Shown piece after piece: positions 63,662 through 64,000 of a DNA stretch of 64,000 bases. The notes below the pieces were generated by a model that had not been told where the DNA came from, searched no databases, and saw only the letters and a program-made list of their open reading frames with translations. The DNA lies in contig CAZFBN010000004.1 of assembly GCA_964517145.1 (NCBI GenBank), positions 3,461-67,460 of the forward strand. Reading direction: 5' to 3'. Position numbers and translations under genes: made by a program. The stretch is from an uncultured Saprospiraceae bacterium. GTDB lineage: Bacteria > Bacteroidota > Bacteroidia > Chitinophagales > Saprospiraceae. Numbering within the stretch: the stretch's first letter is position 1; each line of letters opens with the position of its first letter.

Positions 63662-64000
63662 ATGACAGCACCAAAGTTTATCACGCAGGCGAACTCGTTT
63701 CACGTCGAGTTGCGCAAGCGCATTAACGACTATTTTATCGAAGTTGGCAAAGCCAAAACCGGCAATGCCGAATTATTTACAAAAGCTATCATTCTGGTGG
63801 TGAGTTTTGTGTTTGTGTACATTCATTTGGTCTTTTTTACGCCGGCATATTGGTTTGCCGTTCTGGAATGTGTAGTCTTGGGCGGCTTGACCGCAGCGAT
63901 TGGTTTCAATGTGATGCACGATGGTGCACACGGTAGTTTCAGCAAGTACGAATGGGTGAATGAATTGGCTGGTTTGTCGCTGAATTTTCTGGGTGCCAAC
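63662..64000 (+). CDS. Membrane fatty-acid desaturase (N-terminal part, runs off the window end)
   Basis: Not in the track because it is open at the edge. From ATG at 63662 it reads MTAPKFITQANSFHVELRKRINDYF...GFNVMHDGAHGSFSKYEWVNE, with TM helices and the first histidine box HDGAH. Confidence 0.75.
   Translation, partial: MTAPKFITQANSFHVELRKRINDYFIEVGKAKTGNAELFTKAIILVVSFVFVYIHLVFFTPAYWFAVLECVVLGGLTAAIGFNVMHDGAHGSFSKYEWVNELAGLSLNFLGAN

Overview
This window is about 64 kb of chromosomal DNA from a Bacteroidota bacterium. Supporting this placement are a T9SS C-terminal sorting domain, bamD-rpoZ-coaBC-DUF4835 synteny, the DUF4271/hemD pair, TAnnTTTG -7 promoter boxes close to start codons, and an almost complete lack of Shine-Dalgarno sequences.

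The content is dense and mostly housekeeping:
- recQ (open at the window start), kpsF, bamD, rpoZ, coaBC and purN
- two M16 peptidases
- a blaI/blaR1-like module and a CotH kinase-like protein
- nadD and dnaN
- mreB-mreC-mreD-mrdA, then capA and folA
- an ECF sigma / anti-sigma module
- ppgK, a cyclophilin and hsp20
- an ABC-2 exporter pair
- dnaB, a pseudouridine synthase, a TolC-like protein and pirin
- SPOR/PG-binding proteins
- a fatty-acid desaturase (open at the window end)

I saw no rRNA, tRNA, CRISPR array, transposase, integrase or recognisable defence genes. I cannot support a multi-gene novel system here.

The observations most worth a second look are:
1. A BlaR1/M56-TonB_C-TonB_C-T9SS-CTD gene is split by a single in-frame TAA inside the conserved HE-x-x-AD motif.
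2. A roughly 1 kb AT-rich islet carries an orphan membrane-protein gene. It is preceded by a 150 bp element with 22 bp terminal inverted repeats and a 9 bp flanking duplication, which could be a MITE or an inverton.
3. A cluster of consensus DnaA boxes plus an AT-rich tract lies directly upstream of dnaB.
4. One secreted protein fuses a serine beta-lactamase-fold hydrolase to a D-aminoacylase.
5. Two families of dispersed intergenic palindromic repeats are present: GGAA phased every 8 bp, and GTGAAATTTGAAA hairpins.
6. hsp20 has an atypically long 5' leader with a strong Shine-Dalgarno sequence.

All functional calls come from reading the translated ORFs and motifs by eye. No database search was run.
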